Below are positions 37,301 through 45,024 of a DNA stretch of 64,000 nt, in pieces; within the stretch, counting starts at the first letter, position 1; each line of letters opens with the position of its first letter. This DNA comes from Clostridia bacterium (GTDB taxonomy: Bacteria; Bacillota; Clostridia; Oscillospirales; CAG-272), in the NCBI GenBank assembly GCA_017454675.1, contig JAFTCN010000058.1, forward strand, positions 3,185 through 67,184, given 5' to 3'. Both the position numbers and the translations under genes were made by a program. Under the pieces are notes generated by a model. That model was not told the origin of the DNA, did not search any database, and saw nothing but the letters and a program-made list of their open reading frames with translations.

Positions 37301-38101
37301 CTAATGTGAGGGCGCTACCGCGCCGGGGAGGTTTTGCTTCATGATCTCATATGCCAGGACCGACACCGCGGTCTCGGACGGAAGCGAGCCTATGTAATCC
37401 CGGGCATATGGTATCCTCACGTTGAAGTCGCACAGCGAGAGGAGTTTCGACGATATCCCGCGCTTTTCGCCTCCGCATATGAGGACCAGCGGGAGCGAGA
37501 GATCGGCCGATGCGGCGTCTTCTGAGTCTCTGATCTCCGCCGCCGCGACCCGGAAACCTCCGCTCTTCAGCCGGAGCACCGCCTCTTCGGCGTCGCACAG
37601 AAATACCGGCAGGAGCTCGGACATGCCGGCAGACGCGCGGCAGATCTTTGCATCGGCTCCGTCGGGCAGCCTTCCGGTGATGAGGCCGGAGGCTCCGAAA
37701 AGGTAAAGCGCGCGCATGATGTGGCCGAGCGAATAGGGGTCCTCGGCTCCGTCGAGCACGGCGTAAAAAACGCCTTTTCCGGGAACCACGGCGCGAGATC
37801 CGGGATACACTGCCGGCGTGACCTCGGCGAAAATGCCGCCGTGGGTCTGGGTCGGACCGTCGGAGATCGCCTCCGCCTCGCCCGCCGTTATCTTCTCGAC
37901 CCGGAAGCCGAGTCTTTCGGATGCCGCACGCAGGAACGCGACCCGTCGGCGCTCCGAAGAGAAGCGGCTCTCCTCAATGAGTACCCGCAGTATCCTTCTC
38001 CTGGCGGTCCCGGCATCCTCCGCTTTTATCAGCGCGGAGACCGAAACGATGCCTCCGAAGAAGAGCGGCGGGCAATTTCTTTGCTGCTGTGGTGTGTCCA
38101 T
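37301..38101 (-). CDS. TrmH/SpoU-family RNA 2'-O-ribose methyltransferase (RlmB-like)
   Basis: The SPOUT C-terminal motifs LVLICGGEKRGIS and NVRIPY are present. It ends in TAG. Confidence 0.8.
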   Translation of the reverse strand: MDTPQQQRNCPPLFFGGIVSVSALIKAEDAGTARRRILRVLIEESRFSSERRRVAFLRAASERLGFRVEKITAGEAEAISDGPTQTHGGIFAEVTPAVYPGSRAVVPGKGVFYAVLDGAEDPYSLGHIMRALYLFGASGLITGRLPDGADAKICRASAGMSELLPVFLCDAEEAVLRLKSGGFRVAAAEIRDSEDAASADLSLPLVLICGGEKRGISSKLLSLCDFNVRIPYARDYIGSLPSETAVSVLAYEIMKQNLPGAVAPSH

Positions 38102-38106
38102 TTTTT

Positions 38107-38147
38107 AAAAAACGGCTGCCGCTTAAGCGACAGCCGGGTTTGTTTTT
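38107..38147 (-). terminator. Rho-independent terminator downstream of acpP
   Basis: CGGCTGcCGC-ttaa-GCGaCAGCCG, flanked by A and T tracts on both sides. Confidence 0.6.
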
Positions 38148-38174
38148 GACGGTGTGCAAGTCGGCTGCGGGACC

Positions 38175-38435
38175 TTATTTCTTCAGCCCCTCGAGATAAT
38201 TGACGACATCGCCGACGGTGACGAAGTTGCGGATATCATCGTCCTGTATATCGATATCAAATGTCTCTTCGCAGTGCATGACGAGTTCCGCAAGTTCTAT
38301 CGAGTTTATGCCGAGATCGTTTGACAGCTCTGCTTCCATAGTCACTTTCTCGGGGTCGACCTGCAGTTCATCGACAAGCATTTCCTTGAATTGTTCGAAC
38401 ATGTTCTTCTTTACAGTCCTTTCATTAGTTTCCAT
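38175..38435 (-). CDS. acpP: Acyl carrier protein
   Basis: 86 aa, acidic, with the phosphopantetheine attachment motif DLGINSIELAELV. Confidence 0.85.
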   Translation of the reverse strand: METNERTVKKNMFEQFKEMLVDELQVDPEKVTMEAELSNDLGINSIELAELVMHCEETFDIDIQDDDIRNFVTVGDVVNYLEGLKK

Positions 38436-38581
38436 CTGCGGAATGATAAGTTATAAACATAGTAATTATACTGATATAAGGCCTTTTTGTCAATGTTTTT
38501 TTTCCTGCCCGCCCCTCGGATGGCGCGGGAGGGCCTCCCGGGCGGAAAAATGCATGTCATTCCCACATCGGAAGGGGCGGA

Positions 38582-40069
38582 TCAGCGCCTGCCGGGTGTA
38601 CCGCCGCCCAGACGGTCGCTCCCGTTCTTCCTTGAGGTGTTCCTCCGCGGCCGCTTCTTCCCGTTTCCGGGACGGCTGCCGCGTATCACCGCGGATACGA
38701 CGATGTATATGACCGTCGCTGCCGCCGCGGTTATGAGCATGCCGATGAAGAAGTCGCTCCTCGTGAACTCCCTCACTCTGTCGAATACATAGAGGAGCTC
38801 GCTCTTCGACACCGGGCTCTTGGTCACGAGGGGCACGCTGTCGATCTGTGCGCCGAGGTAGTATACAGTCAGGAATCCGACGCGCGTCCCGGCCGGGACG
38901 GGGGCGTCGAGTCTGTCGCAGGTGAGCCTGTACCTGTAGGTGATGTCGTATCCTTCTGTATCCGCATTCTCTTTTTCCCCCCGGCTTCCGACCTGATCGG
39001 CGTCGTTCTCGGCGCGGGGCGATATCTTTACCGAGAGGGGAAGGAAGTACGATACGCTCCGCTCGGGGACGGCGATCACCGTCTTGGTGTCGAGGGCAAG
39101 GTCGACCGGGACCTCGCATATGACGCTCGACGTGCCGAAGACGTCTACGTTTCCGAACGAGGCGAATGCCCAGTCGAGCAGTCCCGTCGTGAGGATGTAC
39201 GAGTATATGTTGTTGTAGTCGTCGGTCTGGGCGCCCATCACGACGCTCACGACGGTCAGCCCGTTCTTCTCGGCCGCCGTCACGGCGGCGTATCCGGCGT
39301 TCGGGGTGTTGCCGGCGTTCATTCCGCGGCAGAGACTGTTGCGGTAGCCGCCTGACGCAATGAGCCTGTTATAGTTGTCGAAAGAGAAGGGCTTGGCTAT
39401 ACCCTCGGTGGTGTACGACACCGCCGACGTGACCGTCATGTAGAGCCCCGACTTCATGGCTTCGACGGCAAGGAGAGCGGTGTCGCGCGCCGTCGTGTAC
39501 ATGTTGTCGTTGTGGACGCCTGTCGCGTTGGTGTAGAAGGTATCGGTCATGCCGATCTCGGCGGCGCGGGTGTTCATCAGTGCGACGAACGAGGCGTCAG
39601 AGCCCGACAGTGTGTATTCCATGACGGCTATGGCGTCGTTGAAGCAGCCGCAGAATCCGAGGTAGAGCAGGTCGCGGACGGTCGGGCGGTCACCCGCCTT
39701 CAGGCCCATGTGGCGGCCGTCGACGGCAGACAGCATCTTGTCTGTGACCGTTATCCTCTCGTCGAGCCTGCCCGAGAAGAACTCGCAGCAGATGAGCCCG
39801 GACATGATCTTGACGGTCGATGCGGGGTGGATCCGCTTCTCGGCGTTTTTCTGAGTCAGCACCCTGTCGTTGTCGGTATTGTATATATATACGGCCTCTG
39901 CCTTCGAGAGCGGCAGCTTGTCGAGCGACGGCGCCGCGGCGGACGCGGGCAGCAGAAGCAGGACAAGGGCAAAGAAGAGAGCCGCCGGCAGTGCGGCGGC
40001 TCTGCCGCGGACTGCCCCGGTCTTGCGGCGGAGGGTGATTCCCCGCCGGTCGTGATTTCTGTTTTTCAT
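38582..40069 (-). CDS. D-alanyl-D-alanine carboxypeptidase (S11, PBP5-like) with a C-terminal membrane anchor
   Basis: Signal/TM region, SxxK motif ASTVKIM and KTG-like TGVHN. There is a C-terminal TM (FFIGMLITAAAATVIYIVV) and a basic tail. Confidence 0.85.
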   Translation of the reverse strand: MKNRNHDRRGITLRRKTGAVRGRAAALPAALFFALVLLLLPASAAAPSLDKLPLSKAEAVYIYNTDNDRVLTQKNAEKRIHPASTVKIMSGLICCEFFSGRLDERITVTDKMLSAVDGRHMGLKAGDRPTVRDLLYLGFCGCFNDAIAVMEYTLSGSDASFVALMNTRAAEIGMTDTFYTNATGVHNDNMYTTARDTALLAVEAMKSGLYMTVTSAVSYTTEGIAKPFSFDNYNRLIASGGYRNSLCRGMNAGNTPNAGYAAVTAAEKNGLTVVSVVMGAQTDDYNNIYSYILTTGLLDWAFASFGNVDVFGTSSVICEVPVDLALDTKTVIAVPERSVSYFLPLSVKISPRAENDADQVGSRGEKENADTEGYDITYRYRLTCDRLDAPVPAGTRVGFLTVYYLGAQIDSVPLVTKSPVSKSELLYVFDRVREFTRSDFFIGMLITAAAATVIYIVVSAVIRGSRPGNGKKRPRRNTSRKNGSDRLGGGTPGRR

Positions 40070-41025
40070 GTGAGTCGTTCTGCCGGTCCAGCCGCGGGAG
40101 ATCTGCCCCGGAGACCGAAATAGGCAGCCGCGATACCGGAGTCGGCCGATATACGCCGCGCCAGCATTCCGGGCGAAGAGAATTTCATTTCGTCGCGCAG
40201 ACGGTCGAGAAAAGAGATGCGTATGACGCCGTCGAAGTCTTCGCCCGGAGGCGGGAGCCTTCCGGCATCGGTGGGGCAGAGAGAGTCGAGGATGTGCGAC
40301 TCGATGCGCAGCTTTCCGCTGTCGTCGAGCGTCGGGGCGTATCCGATGTCGGTAACCGACGGAAGAGGCGGCGTCACGCCGGCAAGCTCGGTCAGTGTGA
40401 TGTATACGCCCCTCGCCGGGCAGACCAGCCTGCGTGGTGGTCCGATGTTGAGCGTGGGGAAGCCGAAGCGGGTTCCGTCGCCCCTGCCCGATATCACGCG
40501 TCCCGAGAGAGCGTACGGACGGAGCAGCAGGCGAGACGCCTCTATGACGTCGCCTGAGAGCAGTAGTTTCCTTATTCTGCTCGACGAGACGTCGCCGGAG
40601 CGGTGCCTCGTGCGGGCGATCACGACCGCGGCGTCGCCGAAGTATCCCTTCAGCGACTCCGCGGTCCCGGCCCTGTCCTTCCCGAAGGTGAAGTCGGCGC
40701 CGCAGACCGTTCCGGCGGCGCGGAGCTTTCCGATCAGGAATTCCTTCACGAAAACGTCCGCCTCTATGTCGCGGACGGCGGCGAAGTCAAGCGAAAGGAT
40801 CTCTTTGATCCCCAGCGAGCGCAGCATCTCCTTTTTTTCGGCGGGCTCCATGAGGATCCCCTCGAAGTCCCGTGTTCCGAACCGCGCCGGCGGCAGCGTG
40901 AAGACCGCCGCTGCCGGAATGAGACCGCGCTCTTCCGCTTCGGATACCGTTCTTGCTATCAGGTCCCTGTGACCGAGGTGCACGCCGTCGAAACTGCCCA
41001 GAGCGACGAGCGTTTCAGCTTTCAC
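40066..41025 (-). CDS. ribF: Bifunctional riboflavin kinase / FMN adenylyltransferase
   Basis: [15 protein letters not shown] (nucleotidyltransferase motif) and a C-terminal riboflavin kinase region GFPTLNI. Confidence 0.9.
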   Translation of the reverse strand: MKAETLVALGSFDGVHLGHRDLIARTVSEAEERGLIPAAAVFTLPPARFGTRDFEGILMEPAEKKEMLRSLGIKEILSLDFAAVRDIEADVFVKEFLIGKLRAAGTVCGADFTFGKDRAGTAESLKGYFGDAAVVIARTRHRSGDVSSSRIRKLLLSGDVIEASRLLLRPYALSGRVISGRGDGTRFGFPTLNIGPPRRLVCPARGVYITLTELAGVTPPLPSVTDIGYAPTLDDSGKLRIESHILDSLCPTDAGRLPPPGEDFDGVIRISFLDRLRDEMKFSSPGMLARRISADSGIAAAYFGLRGRSPAAGPAERLT

Positions 41026-41314
41026 GGTTGGCCCAGAAGTAGAAGTGTACTAGCGCTTCGAGCAGTTCGTCGCGGTCGTATTTCGTGATCAGGCCGCGCG
41101 CGTTCATATAGCTGGTGATATATGCAGGATCTTCCGACAGGATATAGCCGACGATCTGGCTCACGGGGTCGTAGCCTTTTTCCTCCAGGGCGGAATAGAC
41201 CGTCTGGAGCATGTTCCGGATAGAAGCATAGCGCTCCGAAGTGATCGGGAACGTCCTGGTGCCGCCGGAGGACTCGTGGTTTTCGTTCTTTTTCTGAGGA
41301 ATGTCTTTTTTCAT
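41015..41314 (-). CDS. ireB: IreB/UPF0297 family regulatory protein
   Basis: [38 protein letters not shown] is the conserved UPF0297 core. Confidence 0.85.
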   Translation of the reverse strand: MKKDIPQKKNENHESSGGTRTFPITSERYASIRNMLQTVYSALEEKGYDPVSQIVGYILSEDPAYITSYMNARGLITKYDRDELLEALVHFYFWANRES

Positions 41315-41543
41315 GACTCAGTCTCCGATTTTTTCTTGAATCCGTCCCCTGCATGATCAAAAGAAGGGGGACTACTTTTACGTCTATTATATTATATCCT
41401 AATTATTTAATAAAAACAACCCCAAAATGAAAAAAACGTCCCGCTGCGAAAAAAATATGCCGTCTGCCGGGCGCGGCAGTGGAGCCGTCATGACTTCCGG
41501 GATTATCCGAAAACAAAAAACAAGTGTTTTTTCCGTGCGGGGA

Positions 41544-41572
41544 TTGACTAAGAGTTAAAAGTATATTATAAT
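41544..41572 (+). promoter_or_regulatory. Consensus sigma-70-type promoter of the TerB/ATPase/helicase operon
   Basis: TTGACT, a 17 nt spacer, then TATAAT. It lies in a ~350 bp AT-rich spacer, about 90 nt upstream of the first ATG. Confidence 0.6.
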
Positions 41573-41660
41573 TATATGTTACAGGTCCGCGCCGGCTCAG
41601 TGTGACGGAATGTCACGCGGAGCGGCCGCGTTGCAGTAATGACTGACAGGAAGGGAGGAG

Positions 41661-43622
41661 ATGACAGCGGTGGATACGCACGATATGAAAAGCGCATATG
41701 ACGTCGGCCCGGGGAAGTCCGCCGCGGACGGCGGTCTCCCGCACGAGCCCGTCGAGATCGAGATACCCGTTCCCGAACGGCTCGCCTCTGCCGGCTCGTC
41801 ACCGGCGCAAGTCATGCCGACATCCGTCCCGCCGGCGTCCGGGGCCTCCTTCCCTCTGCCTCCGGCTTCTTACGCTTCGCGGGAGGGGAGCGGTATCCCG
41901 CGCTCCGCTTCGGACGCGACCGGAACCGCCCGGGTCCCTGCCGGAGAACCGCTGCCGCCCCGGAGCGCCTCCGGTCCCGATCACCCGAGGATGCCGGGAT
42001 TCGGAAAATTCCTCGGCAGCTACGAGCCCGGTCTTCCGCTTGTTAAGAAGGTCTCGGTATACGCCTGGCACACGACATACAACTATTACGACGCATTTCT
42101 CTCGGCGGCCGAAAAGCTTTCGGGAGTCACATCCGAAGAAGCCGAATACCGCCCCTTCTTCTCGTATATGCCGCAGTATTCCCAGCTCGACCGCGACCAG
42201 CTGGCGTACTATCTGAAGATACGCGACGGGATCGCGTCGGGAGAGACGCCGCGCGCCGACTACGGATACATCCTTCTTCTTATATACGAACTGATAAACC
42301 TCGGCGGCAGACGCCGCGAAGACGGCGAATACTATGTTTCGCCGACCGAGGCTCTGGGTATGCTCGTCGACATCTGGAAGGGCTACCGCGGCGACAACCC
42401 CCGTCTCGACGACCAGCTCACCGAATGGATCTGCGACTTCTGCCTCATTCACAGGCTCGCTCCTCCGCTCGCTCGCATGGGGTCTGTCATGGCCGACGTC
42501 ATACGCCGGGCGAGACTGCGCGAGTTCTACCTCGATCCGATGTCCGGCGGCGACTTTTTCGTCGATTACCTGCTGTATTTCGTATCCGGTTACGACTTCC
42601 GCAAGAGCCGCTTCGCGTCGGCCGACGCAGAGACCCTGAGGTTCTATACGGAGCATATGAGAGGGATGCTCTGCGAAGTCCTGAAGAAGGCGGGAGCGGA
42701 CACGTCGGGTTCGCTCACCCGGAGGACGGCGGTGAGGGACGCGTATATAGGCGCGCTCTGCCACCCGTCGGTCAAGAGAAAGATCACGGTGGAGTATCTG
42801 TCGTACTCGGCTTCGGTCGAGACGAAGATGCTGCTCTCGAATACGATAAAATATGCCGAAAACAGGCTCAGGCAGTCGTTCGGGGTGCGCTCGAAGCTGT
42901 CTCACGGGAAGCTGCCTGATGCCGCAGCTGCCGCAGTCGACGCATATTTCGACGAAAAGCTGCCTTCTGCCGGAAAGCACAGGGAGGCGCCTCCGGAGGA
43001 TGACTACGAGTCGAAATACGACCGGCCGTACGCCCCGGCGGACGTCGGATCTGCCGCGAGGATCGAGGAGAGCTCCTGGGCGGTCACCGACATCCTGACG
43101 TCCGCGTTCGCGGACGGACCGGTGTCCGCCGGGCACAGAGCCGCGCGGGAGGAAAGTACCGCGGCTGATGGAGCGCGGAACACGGTTCCCGTGGAACGGG
43201 AAGAGCTGCCGGCAGGACAGACGGAGGCATCCGGTGAAAAGGCCGCAGCGGCAGGAAATCAAAACGAAGCCTCCGTGGAACTGAAAGATCTTCCGTCAGG
43301 ACAGGCGGAGGCATCCGGTGAACAGAACGTCGCTGCCGGTAAGCAAAACTCCGCGGCGGACGGAGAGACCGCCCGTGCGGTGATCGATTTCGTCGCGGCG
43401 GCCGCGGCCGGCGACCGCGCCGCGCAAAAGCGCGCCGCGGACGCCGCGGGAATGCTCCCCGACGCTCTGGCCGAGAAGATAAACGCCGCGGCGTACGACA
43501 TCACCGGAGACGTTCTGCTATATTTCGCGGGGCAGATGTGGAGGGTGATCGATGAATACGAAGCCGATGCAGTGCGGACTGCCGGACTGATCGCGAAAGG
43601 AGACGAAGGGAATGCAAAGTGA
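41661..43622 (+). CDS. TerB-N and TerB-C domain protein (Shango SngA-like)
   Basis: 653 aa with a ~130 aa Pro/Ser-rich N-terminus. TerB-N-like block: FFSYMPQYSQLDRDQLAYYLKIRDGIASGETPRADYGYILLLIYELINLG. TerB-C-like C-terminus: MLPDALAEKINAAAYDITGDVLLYFAGQMWRVIDEY. Confidence 0.8.
   Translation: MTAVDTHDMKSAYDVGPGKSAADGGLPHEPVEIEIPVPERLASAGSSPAQVMPTSVPPASGASFPLPPASYASREGSGIPRSASDATGTARVPAGEPLPPRSASGPDHPRMPGFGKFLGSYEPGLPLVKKVSVYAWHTTYNYYDAFLSAAEKLSGVTSEEAEYRPFFSYMPQYSQLDRDQLAYYLKIRDGIASGETPRADYGYILLLIYELINLGGRRREDGEYYVSPTEALGMLVDIWKGYRGDNPRLDDQLTEWICDFCLIHRLAPPLARMGSVMADVIRRARLREFYLDPMSGGDFFVDYLLYFVSGYDFRKSRFASADAETLRFYTEHMRGMLCEVLKKAGADTSGSLTRRTAVRDAYIGALCHPSVKRKITVEYLSYSASVETKMLLSNTIKYAENRLRQSFGVRSKLSHGKLPDAAAAAVDAYFDEKLPSAGKHREAPPEDDYESKYDRPYAPADVGSAARIEESSWAVTDILTSAFADGPVSAGHRAAREESTAADGARNTVPVEREELPAGQTEASGEKAAAAGNQNEASVELKDLPSGQAEASGEQNVAAGKQNSAADGETARAVIDFVAAAAAGDRAAQKRAADAAGMLPDALAEKINAAAYDITGDVLLYFAGQMWRVIDEYEADAVRTAGLIAKGDEGNAK
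43203..43358 (+). repeat. Imperfect tandem duplication (two 72 nt units, 84 nt period) inside the TerB protein linker
   Basis: ELPAGQTEASGEKAAAAGNQNEAS / DLPSGQAEASGEQNVAAGKQNSAA. The shared nucleotide core is caggacagrcggaggcatccggtgaa. Confidence 0.7.
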
Positions 43623-44976
43623 ACGTCCCGTCCCCAAAAGAATACTGACGGCGCTCATCGCCTCGCTGTCCGCGGGAGTCGTTCCGCGGACCGGCACGCC
43701 GTACATAGCCATCGGCCGCGGCGAAGAGATCACTGCGATGCTGTCCGACCTTGAGCGCGTCAGCGAAGGCGGAGGCAGCGTCCGGTTCCTCATCGGAAGA
43801 TACGGCAGCGGCAAGAGCTTTCTCATGCAGCTCATACGCGGCTACGCTCTCGAGCGAGGATTCGTCTGCGCCGACGCCGACCTGTCACCCGAACGCAGAC
43901 TGTACGGGACATCGGGGACCGGTCTTGCCACATACCGGGAGCTGATAAAGAACATGGCGACGAAATCGTCGCCCGACGGCGGCGGACTGACGCAGATCCT
44001 CGCGAAGCTGATCTTCGACATTTCGTCGGAACTGCGTGCTATCGGCCTCGACGAAGGGGGCGACGGCTGGAACGCTGCCTTCGGGAACGCCCTGCGCGAG
44101 CGGCTGCGCTCTCTCGAGTCGTTCGTCGGAGGATACGATTTCGTATCTGTGATCACTCACTACTATGCCGCAGTCCTCGGGGACGACGACCGCACCGCCT
44201 CCGCCTGCCTGCGATGGCTGCGCGGCGAGTATTCGGGCAGGACCGAAGCGAGGGACGATCTCGGCTTCCGGGTGTCGGGGATCATCGGCGACGCCGAATG
44301 GTACGACTGCGTGAAACTCTGGGCAGAGCTCGTCTCGGGGCTCGGATACCGGGGGCTCGTGCTTTTCATCGACGAATGCGTCAACCTTTACAAGATAACT
44401 CACAGGATCGCCAGGGAGAACAACTACGAGAAGATACTGTCGATCTTCAACGACACTCTGCAGGGACGAGCCCCCCACCTCGGGATAGTCTTCGGGGGGA
44501 CCCCGCAGTTTCTCGAGGACAGGCGCAGGGGGCTTTTCAGCTACGAGGCACTGCACAGCAGACTTAACGACAGCCGGTACGAGGCCGCCGGATTCCGCAA
44601 CCTGTCGGGCCCGGTGATCAGGCTGACAAGACTGTCCGACGACGAACTTCTCGCGCTCCTTCTGCGCGTCACGACCCTGTACGGTATGTACACCGGCCGC
44701 GAGCCGCGTATCACGCCCGAGGAGCGGCTGGAGTTTCTCAACACCGCGCTCTCGAGGACCGGGGCGTCGGGTCTTATCACGCCGCGCGAGATGCTTCGCG
44801 ACTATATGACCCTGCTCGCGATCCTTGACGGAAACCCCGGTGTATCCTACCGCGACGTCGCCGGCAGGCTCTCTCCCGAAGGAGGAAATCCGGGTGATGA
44901 AGCGGAGAAAGAGGAGTCACAAGGCGAGGTAAGCGGCGAAAAGGGGAAATTCGACCCGGCCGACATAGATTTCTGA
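43612..44976 (+). CDS. DUF2791-type P-loop ATPase (BrxD-like / Shango SngB-like)
   Basis: Walker A GRYGSGKS and Walker B LVLFIDEC. The N-terminal LIASLSAGVVPRTG...IAIGR is typical of this family. It overlaps the upstream gene by 11 nt. Confidence 0.8.
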   Translation: MQSERPVPKRILTALIASLSAGVVPRTGTPYIAIGRGEEITAMLSDLERVSEGGGSVRFLIGRYGSGKSFLMQLIRGYALERGFVCADADLSPERRLYGTSGTGLATYRELIKNMATKSSPDGGGLTQILAKLIFDISSELRAIGLDEGGDGWNAAFGNALRERLRSLESFVGGYDFVSVITHYYAAVLGDDDRTASACLRWLRGEYSGRTEARDDLGFRVSGIIGDAEWYDCVKLWAELVSGLGYRGLVLFIDECVNLYKITHRIARENNYEKILSIFNDTLQGRAPHLGIVFGGTPQFLEDRRRGLFSYEALHSRLNDSRYEAAGFRNLSGPVIRLTRLSDDELLALLLRVTTLYGMYTGREPRITPEERLEFLNTALSRTGASGLITPREMLRDYMTLLAILDGNPGVSYRDVAGRLSPEGGNPGDEAEKEESQGEVSGEKGKFDPADIDF

Positions 44977-45024
44977 GCCCGGGGAAGAAAAAAGCCGGGG
45001 ACGCCGGTACGCAGGAGAAACGAC

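Noticed and set aside
37282-37303. trmH TAG being in frame with the downstream DUF624 gene (a possible readthrough fusion)
   Set aside because: A fusion of a cytoplasmic SPOUT methyltransferase to a polytopic membrane protein is biologically implausible. The downstream gene has its own ATG, and the shared frame is probably coincidental.
41799-43262. 487 aa minus-strand ORF inside the TerB gene
   Set aside because: It is antisense to the TerB-N/TerB-C ORF, extremely Arg-rich, and has no motif.
41661-43622. Interpreting the TerB-domain gene as part of a tellurite-resistance (ter) operon
   Set aside because: No terZ/A/C/D/E/F or TerY/vWA partners are present. The protein has the TerB-N/TerB-C architecture rather than the classical TerB domain alone. 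Its partners are an ATPase and a helicase.
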